Source of the DNA: Promethearchaeota archaeon
GTDB lineage: Archaea > Asgardarchaeota > Lokiarchaeia > Sigyniarchaeales > Promethearchaeaceae
NCBI GenBank assembly: GCA_016933055.1
Contig: JAFGBS010000009.1
Coordinates: 450,001-482,000 of the forward strand
Direction of reading: 5' to 3'
DNA length: 32,000 nt
The notes beneath the pieces were generated by a model, which worked only from the letters and a program-made list of their open reading frames with translations, was not told the DNA's origin and did no database searches. How positions within the stretch are numbered: the first letter of the stretch is position 1; every line of letters begins with the position of its first letter. Position numbers and translations under genes: made by a program. Shown here piece by piece: positions 8,727-18,097 of this stretch.

Positions 8727-11700
8727 TTATAGAGGAGGACCTGGATCTGATTCGTCACTAAAGGAAATTTCCTTCAGCGTTGTGTCTCTTGCTTTTTTTT
8801 TATACAGTACTGTTACAACACAAGCCAACGCGATCGCTAATGCAATTCCAATTCCTATGGTAATGTATGGTATAACTGTGGAATACACAATTACGGTTTG
8901 GATTGTTGAAGCTACAATATTCCCATATACATCCTGTACTTCCACAAAATAGTGTACTTTGGAATCCACATTTTCCAATCCAGATATAATGATATCAAAT
9001 GCATTTATGTCGTCAATAGAATATGTCGTTTGGGATCTCCACGAATCACCTTGTCGGAAGGTAAATCGAACTTTGTAAATCTGGTTGTTGTCAAAAGCTT
9101 CAACATGTAGGTTTAATTCTACATCTTCAATATGTTCGATTTGCGAAACTGCAACTGTGTTTATGGATGGGTAGACTAAATCTCTGTAAATACTCTGGTT
9201 TGCATAAAATAACAGTGGAAAATTCATTAGTGCGAACGGTTCTGAGCTTATCGTGAGGTTTTGATACATACCCCATAACTTTGACGAGGGAACAATAGAA
9301 TTTTTAACCGAGTCCACTAGTAGGTTGTAAGTAATAACTGTATCTCCATGCGGTAGTAATGGAATGAAGAAATGAATATCCGAGTAGATCGATTGATAAG
9401 TAATCTCTAGAGCATTTGATTCTATAGATTGTCCATTTACTTTGATAGTATCAGTCGCTAATATCATTCCCGCTGGAATCGAATCATCCAACGCAAAATA
9501 TTGCAATGAATCATTAGGATTTGACATAATAAGCGAAACAGAAACTAATTCTCTTGGAAGAATGTTTATAGTTTTTGAGAATTCTTTCTGTAGGGCAATT
9601 TCATAATCTAAATTTGCAGAAAGACTTTTGGAATTAAGTGGAGTTAATACTGCAGGAGATTGCTTGGAAATACTTGCCGATACATCTTCTTCCAACACAT
9701 TTATCTCTACAGGTCCAATCATTTTATGATATAGTAGTGGATCATCTAAATCTGAATTGATGAGTAATAACATTGACACATAAAAGCCATCAACAGAATA
9801 GGTTCCTAGTTCTGAGGGAGCATGTAGAGTAAAATTAACTGATTTACCTTCTGTAATCGTTGTAAAAGTTTTTGAATACTCGTATGCCGATACCTGAAAT
9901 ATCTCCGGAACATTTATCATGCTCAAAGAAACCTCTGATAATGTCAAATCTTCATAAAACGGATCAATATCCACTGTGACATTGAAAAATTCGTCTGTAT
10001 TAATTTCTATTAGTTCTGGTATATTGATTACTGGCACATAACGAATAATTTGAGTAGATGTAAAAATAAATGCAAGTTGTCCTGTCCCTATTGTCGTAAT
10101 ATTTATTTCATTTTGTCCATCTACTATATATCGGCTTATCTCAGTTAAGATTGATGATGGAGAGTAACTAGCATCAGTCAAATTATAAATTATTTGGGGG
10201 ATTTTTGAATTTACAGATATATTTACGGTTCCATTGAAATCTAATACTGGTAATGATTCTGAAAATTTCGTTAGTTCGGTTAAAGTATAAATTGCAGCCG
10301 AAGAATCTGCTGTTGACCACCAACCCCAGGTCGATTTCGAATCCAGTAAAAATTTTACGGCTTTTTGTATTATTGCATAATTTCCAAGATAGTCTTCTAA
10401 TGCTAATGCTAGTGTAGCATAAGCTGTAATTTCTACACTATTACCCAGGTTTCTCCAGTAATAAAAAGCATCATTTTCCCAATATGCAGTAGTTGCTGTA
10501 GATTTTCGCTCAGCTAGCAAATAGGAAAGCATGCTTGTCTTAATAGTATCATTCTCATAAGGAGTATTCCATGTAGATATTAAATATAGGGCTGCTCCAT
10601 ATGGACTTTGATGATTTACATTTAACCAATCCGCATTCAAAAAGTCTATGCCAGATTGAATTGCATTTTCCATTGCAGATGTTTTATTTGCAGATAAGAT
10701 TAGAGTTCTAAGGGTATAAATTGTTGCTTCAAACGCATTTGCAGAATAGTAGGGATACTCCCAACTTCCATCAGTCTTTTGTTCACTCACGACGTAGTTG
10801 TATGCTTTAAACATCACAAAATCATTTAATTCGAATCCAGACAGCTTAACTAGTTCTAGAGTAAATACTGTAATTACTGTCATTTGGAGATTGGATTCCC
10901 CATTTCCCCACCATCCCCAGCCTCCATCAGTATTTTGCAGGTTATATACTCTGCTCAATCCTTGCATTATCATAGGAATTAGTTCTTCGATCAATGCTTC
11001 GGTGAGTTGACCTATATCATTTAAATATCGATATATCATTGCAGTAGTTATCAGTTTGGAAGTAGTTTGTTCTATACATCCATGAGGATATCCTACTAAG
11101 CTTTGCCACCCCTCTATTGAAATCTCCATTACGTCTTTAAACAAAGAAAGTGTTTCCTTATGGAAAATACTCGAGGGATCGAGCGTATAATTGAAAACAT
11201 ACGATCCCATGGATTGATTCACATAAGCTGAGAACCTTTCGGTATATTCGTATCCATTTGGATAAGTGTTGGCTTGCATCTGTTTTGCATCTGAATATAT
11301 AATGTTCTCCTCTTCACTCAAGGCTAAAATGGTAATGTTATGGAGAAAAGGATCTCGTGCATAAAGTGTAAATTCGACTTCCGATACGTAATTATGCGGT
11401 ATTCGTATATTCTGAGTGGGATTGTTTAATATATCGAATCCAGGTGCATCAATTATGACATCTGCAGTAAGATCAGTGCCAGCATAATTATATATATACG
11501 CCTTTAAGGTCACAATTTCATCTTGTGTTATTGGTGATGGAGGTTCAAATTCGACAAAAAATGGTAAAAAGGCTTTAATCTCCACAGTTTGGGTTTGTCC
11601 CCATAAGATATTTGTTTCATCTATAGCATTCCCCACTAATCGAATAGTCCACTCACCGATATTATCAGGAAGATGAAATGTGAAGTTTGTCGGACCATTT

Positions 11701-14700
11701 ATTACCTTGGATGGGATCCAGTTAGCGGATTCAGTAATATTCTTGCGTATGTTAATATCATAGGATCTGACAATATCATCAAGAGATGGTGAATTTAGAC
11801 CTTCCAATCCGAATAAAGAAAATTCATCCCACCCTCCTCCTAGCTTTCTAACATAAAAAGGTGAAAACCAGAATCCCCCCGTAGGTAATTCATAACTTAT
11901 CCATGCGTAATTCTCCCAAAATACTCCGCTACCCCAACTACTTCCACTACCTATGTATGCATGATAAGAACTGCGTTCAAAATAGTTTAATTCGGAATCC
12001 TCTTCTGGTTCTACCGCAAGAACGGCACTGTCTATAAATGTAGTGGAAATTAGCATGGGATTATCATCATTCGGGGTAATTGTTAATGTAACCTTATCAC
12101 CTGGTTCATATACTTCTTTATCTGTGGAAATTTGAAATCCTGATTCAAATTCCACATGAACAATCAGATATATTTCATGAAGTCGACCAGATTCTGCGAT
12201 GGTGTAAATCATTATCGTAAAATCTGGTCCTAAATCGGATGTAATGGGTAAATTTTTCGTAAATTGATCTTCCACTATTAGTAATCTCTCGGAATACAGT
12301 ATTCCCCGCTTGTAGATTTCGAAATACAATGGTTGATTTGTCGACACATTGGTTACTCCGCAAATTTCTAAGGTGTCTCCAAGATCCACCTCAATTCTAG
12401 AATCATCATGAGTCATAATAGTAGCATTTGTGGTTATCCCGATAGTATTTACTGTACCGACAGAGAATTGTTTCGTGACAGAGTGATATAAAAATCCGCC
12501 ATAGTAATCGTTACGTCTGGAATACACATAAGAATATAGATAGTAAGTACCCTCAGGGGCAAATGTAGGAATGGTAATAGAAAAATCCCGTGTTCCATCT
12601 ATCTCGAAACCAGCACGTCCAAGTAAATTATATTCTGCATCATAGATGTAAATCCTTCCCTCTCCTTTCTGTGCTGTTTGAGTTAATGCATCTACATAAT
12701 TAGCAGTAAAATCAAGTGTATCTCCAGGATTCAACATGAGGTTTAGCAACTTAATATCCAATGCATATTTCCTATAACGATAATAGGTGAACCAATCCGT
12801 GGAACGTCCGTCTTCGAGTTCGATATCAAGCCGGATTTCAAATAAATTATAATTCTTCACATCTTCAAGTGGTAAAGCGAATTCTAATTTACCCGCACCA
12901 TATTCATTGGTTGTAGAATAGTAAGTTCCTAATAGAGTCCTTCCTCTTATGGTTGCAATATAAATAGGATATTCTTTAACTCCATACACTCGGATTTTCG
13001 CAGTGACATTTGCCAAAGGATTGTATTCATATGTATAATACCATTCAGAGGTGGATAGGATTTGAAATACATTAAAATAGTATTCTAAATTTTCATTTGG
13101 GGATGGAGCCCAATCGGATAAATATCCATACGCAAAAAGTTCCTCATTTCGTGTATATTTCTTTACTGCATCAGCAGTTCTTCCATAAGTATCAGTTACA
13201 GCTGCTTCTGCAGAAAATACCCAATCAATTCCTTCCAACCATTTTAAATCAATACTAAACGAAAATATACCTTGACCATTAGTTTTACCAGAAACTCGGT
13301 ATACTATCTCATCGTTATAATCTTTTAGAGTAAGAAATACTTCTGCATCCACTACAGGCTGTCCAAAATAGTATTCTACATCAACAGAGCCTTTAAACAA
13401 TTCCTGTTTGTACAATTTTTGTAATCCTCTGGTTTTAGGATAAAATTCTTGACCATTTGTATTTATTGAAACCCGGAATACAGGTTTTACATAAAAATCG
13501 ATGCGAATAGAATGCAAATAATAGATTTCACCAATTGAAAACTCAAATCCGAAGCTACCAGTTTCAGTTTCATAATCTAAAGGAAATTCCATAATAGCTA
13601 CTCCCTCTAAATCCGTTTCTATTTCCGTCCAAAAAACTGCAAGTTCGCTGGGATTGTAGATTGTTAACTGAACTTTTTGATTACTATAGGGAATTCGAGT
13701 CTCATTCAGATAATTATATTCAAAGACTAGTGCACGTAATTTAATTGTCTCACCTGGACTGTAAATAGTCTTATCTGTAGTAATTACAAATTGGTATTTA
13801 TCATAATTCATTTCCTGAGCACCTCCCCATAACGTATAATAATAATGTGACCAATCTTGATAGAGAAATGTGCGATAGGAAATGGATCCTTCAGTGGATT
13901 CAATGGTTAAACGCAAGGAATCACCGAAATAATTTTCATCTTTAAATAAAAGAATGGGATCAGTGTGAAAAATATCATAACCATACGTATCTGTCTGTCC
14001 TTCCCCATATTGAACAGTAATCCACTGTTCTGCATTATAATCATATGTATCAAGAAAATACTCATAATGATGGTTCGGCATAGGTGAAAAATCAGAAATA
14101 TTTACTAGATGCACTGCTGCATGATAATTTTGATTTTCTGTGTAATACATAGGTCCTTTCAGAAAAATTCCTGTCTCTGAAACGCTGAATTCTCGATATG
14201 TTGAAACATCTCGATCATTATAATAAGCCAGTACTGTATACGGTCCTGAATCCGAGGTATCCGAAAAAGTTAAAGCAACCTCTCCATTATCATCCGTGTA
14301 AAACTGATCAGAAAATATTAGCTCTGAATTGTAATAGTTTGAATACTGATAGTTATAGTACCTATAAAACCCTTTATAGATATGAACCGTAATAACGTTA
14401 TCCTCACTAGGGATAAAACTTTTTGTTAATCGTAATTTTAAATCAATGCTCTCGCCAGGTATAACAGCATATTTATTCAAATATAAGGTTAGGGAATAAT
14501 CCTGGAATGAATACCAATTTTGGGATGACTCGGGCAAGGTTTCTTTATTATTTTCATTCTCCTCCCCCTCCTCACTATACAATAAAGGGGATGTGCGGTT
14601 TACTTTAAAATAATAAGGTGAAGAATGTGGTGTAAAGGATTTTACTGGTTCTTCTTCCTCCAATTGGGGGGTAGCACCTGCAAAAGATACGTTCAACCAA

Positions 14701-14762
14701 AAATTGGACACCGGAAGTAATAGAAATAGTAATACAAAACTCATAACTTGACGTTTTTTCAT
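8727..14762 (-). CDS. Alpha-2-macroglobulin family thioester protein with signal peptide and C-terminal TM anchor
   Basis: MG-domain signatures TDKTIYSPGETIKLRAL and TDKEVYEPGDKV; LPDNIGEWTI; thioester GYPHGCIEQT (11067-11081); QNTDGGWGWW, SVEITAYATLAL and WWSTADS in the alpha/alpha barrel. The track starts at a TTG at 14864, but ATG 14762 (MKKRQVMSFVLLFLLL) yields a normal signal peptide. Confidence 0.92.
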   Translation of the reverse strand: MKKRQVMSFVLLFLLLPVSNFWLNVSFAGATPQLEEEEPVKSFTPHSSPYYFKVNRTSPLLYSEEGEENENNKETLPESSQNWYSFQDYSLTLYLNKYAVIPGESIDLKLRLTKSFIPSEDNVITVHIYKGFYRYYNYQYSNYYNSELIFSDQFYTDDNGEVALTFSDTSDSGPYTVLAYYNDRDVSTYREFSVSETGIFLKGPMYYTENQNYHAAVHLVNISDFSPMPNHHYEYFLDTYDYNAEQWITVQYGEGQTDTYGYDIFHTDPILLFKDENYFGDSLRLTIESTEGSISYRTFLYQDWSHYYYTLWGGAQEMNYDKYQFVITTDKTIYSPGETIKLRALVFEYNYLNETRIPYSNQKVQLTIYNPSELAVFWTEIETDLEGVAIMEFPLDYETETGSFGFEFSIGEIYYLHSIRIDFYVKPVFRVSINTNGQEFYPKTRGLQKLYKQELFKGSVDVEYYFGQPVVDAEVFLTLKDYNDEIVYRVSGKTNGQGIFSFSIDLKWLEGIDWVFSAEAAVTDTYGRTADAVKKYTRNEELFAYGYLSDWAPSPNENLEYYFNVFQILSTSEWYYTYEYNPLANVTAKIRVYGVKEYPIYIATIRGRTLLGTYYSTTNEYGAGKLEFALPLEDVKNYNLFEIRLDIELEDGRSTDWFTYYRYRKYALDIKLLNLMLNPGDTLDFTANYVDALTQTAQKGEGRIYIYDAEYNLLGRAGFEIDGTRDFSITIPTFAPEGTYYLYSYVYSRRNDYYGGFLYHSVTKQFSVGTVNTIGITTNATIMTHDDSRIEVDLGDTLEICGVTNVSTNQPLYFEIYKRGILYSERLLIVEDQFTKNLPITSDLGPDFTIMIYTIAESGRLHEIYLIVHVEFESGFQISTDKEVYEPGDKVTLTITPNDDNPMLISTTFIDSAVLAVEPEEDSELNYFERSSYHAYIGSGSSWGSGVFWENYAWISYELPTGGFWFSPFYVRKLGGGWDEFSLFGLEGLNSPSLDDIVRSYDINIRKNITESANWIPSKVINGPTNFTFHLPDNIGEWTIRLVGNAIDETNILWGQTQTVEIKAFLPFFVEFEPPSPITQDEIVTLKAYIYNYAGTDLTADVIIDAPGFDILNNPTQNIRIPHNYVSEVEFTLYARDPFLHNITILALSEEENIIYSDAKQMQANTYPNGYEYTERFSAYVNQSMGSYVFNYTLDPSSIFHKETLSLFKDVMEISIEGWQSLVGYPHGCIEQTTSKLITTAMIYRYLNDIGQLTEALIEELIPMIMQGLSRVYNLQNTDGGWGWWGNGESNLQMTVITVFTLELVKLSGFELNDFVMFKAYNYVVSEQKTDGSWEYPYYSANAFEATIYTLRTLILSANKTSAMENAIQSGIDFLNADWLNVNHQSPYGAALYLISTWNTPYENDTIKTSMLSYLLAERKSTATTAYWENDAFYYWRNLGNSVEITAYATLALALEDYLGNYAIIQKAVKFLLDSKSTWGWWSTADSSAAIYTLTELTKFSESLPVLDFNGTVNISVNSKIPQIIYNLTDASYSPSSILTEISRYIVDGQNEINITTIGTGQLAFIFTSTQIIRYVPVINIPELIEINTDEFFNVTVDIDPFYEDLTLSEVSLSMINVPEIFQVSAYEYSKTFTTITEGKSVNFTLHAPSELGTYSVDGFYVSMLLLINSDLDDPLLYHKMIGPVEINVLEEDVSASISKQSPAVLTPLNSKSLSANLDYEIALQKEFSKTINILPRELVSVSLIMSNPNDSLQYFALDDSIPAGMILATDTIKVNGQSIESNALEITYQSIYSDIHFFIPLLPHGDTVITYNLLVDSVKNSIVPSSKLWGMYQNLTISSEPFALMNFPLLFYANQSIYRDLVYPSINTVAVSQIEHIEDVELNLHVEAFDNNQIYKVRFTFRQGDSWRSQTTYSIDDINAFDIIISGLENVDSKVHYFVEVQDVYGNIVASTIQTVIVYSTVIPYITIGIGIALAIALACVVTVLYKKKARDTTLKEISFSDESDPGPPL

Positions 14763-14878
14763 TAAGTCCACCAAGAATTCAATATATGGTATACAGAATG
14801 ATACTATCATTATACCATACATTAGAACAGTAAATTGAAAGTGTTCTAAATTATAGATTCTCAAAAAAAAAACACCTG

Positions 14879-14910
14879 AAAAATATATCGAGATAGATAG
14901 ATATATTTTT
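14879..14910. promoter_or_regulatory. 11-bp perfect inverted repeat, candidate operator in the divergent A2M/AIM24 promoter region
   Basis: AAAAATATATC (14879-14889), a 10-nt spacer, then GATATATTTTT (14900-14910). Confidence 0.4.
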
Positions 14911-14973
14911 TAGTTCGCACCAAGGATATTTCTAAGAGACATCAATTCTCTCTTCATTAGGTAAACTAAAAAA

Positions 14974-15696
14974 GTGAATAAAATGGAACAAGGAATACAT
15001 TATTCGTATGAAATTGCTGATCGCCCCACCTTTTCTTATTTAAAAGTCCTTTTAAAGAAAGACCAAGAGATTAAGTCCGAACCCCAAAGTATGATGTTCT
15101 TCGAGCCTACTCTTGAATTGCGTACAGAACGAGCTGAAGGGGGTTTTTTTAAATCGCTAAAACGGACTCTAGCGGGTGAGAAGTTTTTTGCCAACGTGTA
15201 TTATGCCCATGATGACGGATGGCTAGCTTTGTGTCCTTCATTTGCCGGAGACATTCGCCATATAGCAATGCAACCGGGAGATTCGTGGATTGTTTTCTCT
15301 GGAGCTTATATTGCATCTTCTATGAACCTATCTCAGGACACACGCTTTCAAGGATTAGGGAAAGGTATCATGTCCCAGGAACGTCTGTTTATTTTAACGG
15401 TTATAGCGGATCAAGGTCCAGGAGACTTATTTGTTGGGGCAAATGGGGCTTTTATGGAGTGGACACTCCAGCCAGAACAAGTTCTGAATGTGGATAATGG
15501 TCATCTTGTTGCTATGAGTACAAGTGTAACCATGCAATTTCGCGCTGCAGGAAATCTGAAGACAACTCTCCTCTCTGGGGAGGGTTTTATGTGTAAACTA
15601 ACAGGACCCGGTAAGGTGATTATTCAATCAAGAAATCCGCGTGAATTTGCCATGTGGCTTTATCGCTTTATGCCAAAACCTAGCAGTACTTCTTAA
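14974..15696 (+). CDS. AIM24 / TIGR00266 family protein
   Basis: EPQSMM, GGFFKSLKRTLAGEKFF, DNGHLVAM and LLSGEGFMCKLTGPGKVIIQSRN. ATG 14983 is an alternative start. Confidence 0.9.
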   Translation: MNKMEQGIHYSYEIADRPTFSYLKVLLKKDQEIKSEPQSMMFFEPTLELRTERAEGGFFKSLKRTLAGEKFFANVYYAHDDGWLALCPSFAGDIRHIAMQPGDSWIVFSGAYIASSMNLSQDTRFQGLGKGIMSQERLFILTVIADQGPGDLFVGANGAFMEWTLQPEQVLNVDNGHLVAMSTSVTMQFRAAGNLKTTLLSGEGFMCKLTGPGKVIIQSRNPREFAMWLYRFMPKPSSTS

Positions 15697-15721
15697 ATTT
15701 CTACTCTCTCTCTTTATTTTA

Positions 15722-16246
15722 TCATATTGGTTTATTGCGAAAACGAATTATTACTTCAAACCAGAGATAGATAATAATAAGGCTACCAAATAAAATAACA
15801 AAAAATGAATCTTTTACCCAAATCGTATAGAAGAAGATAAGATAAATCAAGAAGAGTACGGTAAAAAATACAGCAAAAAATAGGATTAGAGGAATAAGAT
15901 TTTTTCCTAATAAAATCCAAGAGGTCAAGGAAGGAATATTTGCTTTTTTTATCAAACGATAATTACCGTTCCGATTTTCGGCGAGTCCCAGTTTTTCTAT
16001 TTTTTCCAAGTGATATTTTGCAACCGAGGGTGAGGACAAGGATAAATTTTTCTGAAGTTCTCTCACTCCGCATTCTTTTTTGTTTAGCAGTGCAAAATAT
16101 ACCATTAATGTTGTTCCTTTAAGATTTTTGATTACTTCAGAACGTTGAAGTTCTATTTCCGTGTCAGATGGTACAGTTTTTTTTCTAAACCGCTTTAAAA
16201 AAGATAAGCAGCTTTTATCTTTCTTCTGGGATATTTTTTCTGACAC
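15722..16246 (-). CDS. Winged-helix transcription regulator with C-terminal TM helices
   Basis: LKGTTLMVYFALL...GVRELQKNLSLSSPSVAKYHLEKIEKLGL HTH and wing, followed by two hydrophobic helices. Confidence 0.8.
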   Translation of the reverse strand: MSEKISQKKDKSCLSFLKRFRKKTVPSDTEIELQRSEVIKNLKGTTLMVYFALLNKKECGVRELQKNLSLSSPSVAKYHLEKIEKLGLAENRNGNYRLIKKANIPSLTSWILLGKNLIPLILFFAVFFTVLFLIYLIFFYTIWVKDSFFVILFGSLIIIYLWFEVIIRFRNKPI

Positions 16247-16301
16247 TGACGATCAAGACTCTTATGGGAATTAGATAAAAAAAACTTCGGGATTCTAATC
16301 C

Positions 16302-18029
16302 CTAAGAATTTTGCTTTACAAAGTCGACAACAGCTGATAGCTCTTGTTTCCAAGTATCTTTCGGTCCGAATATATATATCCGAATATTTGGACCAGTTCC
16401 TGAAGGTCTTACAAATAATACGCTCCTCTCCGATTGTAAATATATCACATCGACTCTATTCTGCATATCTGTAAACGATTTAACAGCAAATTCAAATCCT
16501 CTTATTGTGATTGTTTTTCCAATTATACTTGTTAGATTATCAATATACTGAATCTTTTGTTCATCCGTTGCTGACAAAGTTGTTCTCCCTCTTCCAATAT
16601 CTTCAATATAGGATGAAAAATCATATCCCATTTCTAATAGGGCACATAGACAAAGGATTGCTGGCGCAGGATACTTATCTCCCATTATAGGATATTGACT
16701 TGAAAGTTTACCGTTGAACCGGGTAAATATATTAAAGGTATGACCTCCGCTTTCCTCCCATAACACAAAAATAGTCTCACCTAAAATTCCTGAATTCTTA
16801 ATAATTTGTTGAATTTCATCCTTTGTGCGTATTTTCTCATATACATTATTTTTTTGTTGATATATCACCGCAAGATCCACTTGTGATTGTGGAACATCTA
16901 AATCCGCAGCCAAATATTGAAATATACCTAAATGTTTGTACCCTACTCCACAAATAAAATTAATTTTAGAAGATTTATCGCAACCGGGATCACTGGGTAT
17001 TGTCTTTGCATTGATGATATTTTTTCCCTTTTCGGTCGCCAAGATGTTATGCATCGCGGTATACAATTGGTTGGGTTCAAAATTATAAAATTTATCCCCG
17101 ACATGAATAATAAATACGATCCGATCTCGGTCAGCGTCCACCATTATAGAGATTTTTGCATTATGTTTAACCATTATTTGCTTTACTTCATCTTCTTCAA
17201 ACGGATGAGTAGGATCTGGGGGATTCATATTTTTATCGATGAGGATTACATTAGCTCCACATGCTTCTAGTAATTTAACCAATTCGGGAGCTGCCCCCAA
17301 AAAAGGCCACACTACGATATTTTTCCCCTCTAATACTTCCAGGTCCAAAATTTTGGAAACCAAGTCGAGAATGTAATGGTTATTAACTCCATCAGCATCT
17401 ACCATTATTGGAGTATAAGATTTAGAAACTGTGATTTGGTTTAATTTAAGAGCATATTGACTTACTTTTTTCATAATCTCGCCTGATATGGGGATGGGGC
17501 GTTGAATATAAAACTTTAAACCATTCCATTTTAACGCATTATGACTTGCCGTAATCATAAGTACAACATCGATTTCATCAAATAATGCTATTGAACCTGC
17601 AGCATAAGGAGTGCTCATCTTTGATAATCCTCGAATATAACTACTGTGGGGATCTTTTTCCCCTTCTCCTGATTGGTGGTAGATGGAATATCCCTCAAAT
17701 GTAAAAATTCGGCTAGATAAATCCAGTAATATATCCGCAGATGGACGATCATCCGTGACAATTAATACATTCGGTGAGGCTTTCTTTACTTCTTTTTTTC
17801 CTACAACGGCGATAGCCTTTATTACACGCAAAAAATAAAACATCTTTTTACGTGTTAAGGTATAAGTGCTATTTTTCACTTCAAAAATTTCCATTCGTAA
17901 CCCACTAGTAGGTGGCACTAATGGATCTATGATGGCTTTTTCAGAATCATCTAATTCATCAAGATAGATAATGTTGTAATTCTCCTTGGGATTTTCGGGT
18001 ATCTTCTCGAACTTATAGCAATATTCCAT
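16302..18029 (-). CDS. Alpha-D-phosphohexomutase (phosphoglucomutase/phosphomannomutase family)
   Basis: Catalytic TASHN, metal loop DADRDR, sugar loop EESGGH, phosphate loop VRPSGTGP. Confidence 0.88.
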   Translation of the reverse strand: MEYCYKFEKIPENPKENYNIIYLDELDDSEKAIIDPLVPPTSGLRMEIFEVKNSTYTLTRKKMFYFLRVIKAIAVVGKKEVKKASPNVLIVTDDRPSADILLDLSSRIFTFEGYSIYHQSGEGEKDPHSSYIRGLSKMSTPYAAGSIALFDEIDVVLMITASHNALKWNGLKFYIQRPIPISGEIMKKVSQYALKLNQITVSKSYTPIMVDADGVNNHYILDLVSKILDLEVLEGKNIVVWPFLGAAPELVKLLEACGANVILIDKNMNPPDPTHPFEEDEVKQIMVKHNAKISIMVDADRDRIVFIIHVGDKFYNFEPNQLYTAMHNILATEKGKNIINAKTIPSDPGCDKSSKINFICGVGYKHLGIFQYLAADLDVPQSQVDLAVIYQQKNNVYEKIRTKDEIQQIIKNSGILGETIFVLWEESGGHTFNIFTRFNGKLSSQYPIMGDKYPAPAILCLCALLEMGYDFSSYIEDIGRGRTTLSATDEQKIQYIDNLTSIIGKTITIRGFEFAVKSFTDMQNRVDVIYLQSERSVLFVRPSGTGPNIRIYIFGPKDTWKQELSAVVDFVKQNS

Positions 18030-18097
18030 ATTTACAGATGAATTCCTCTGGTATTAAAAGGTTTTAGAATGGATGTAGAAATTTAATTTAGGATGAC

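Noticed and set aside
14763-14864. N-terminal 34-aa extension of the macroglobulin ORF
   Set aside because: It needs a TTG start, covers promoter-like inverted repeats, and ATG 14762 already gives a canonical signal peptide.
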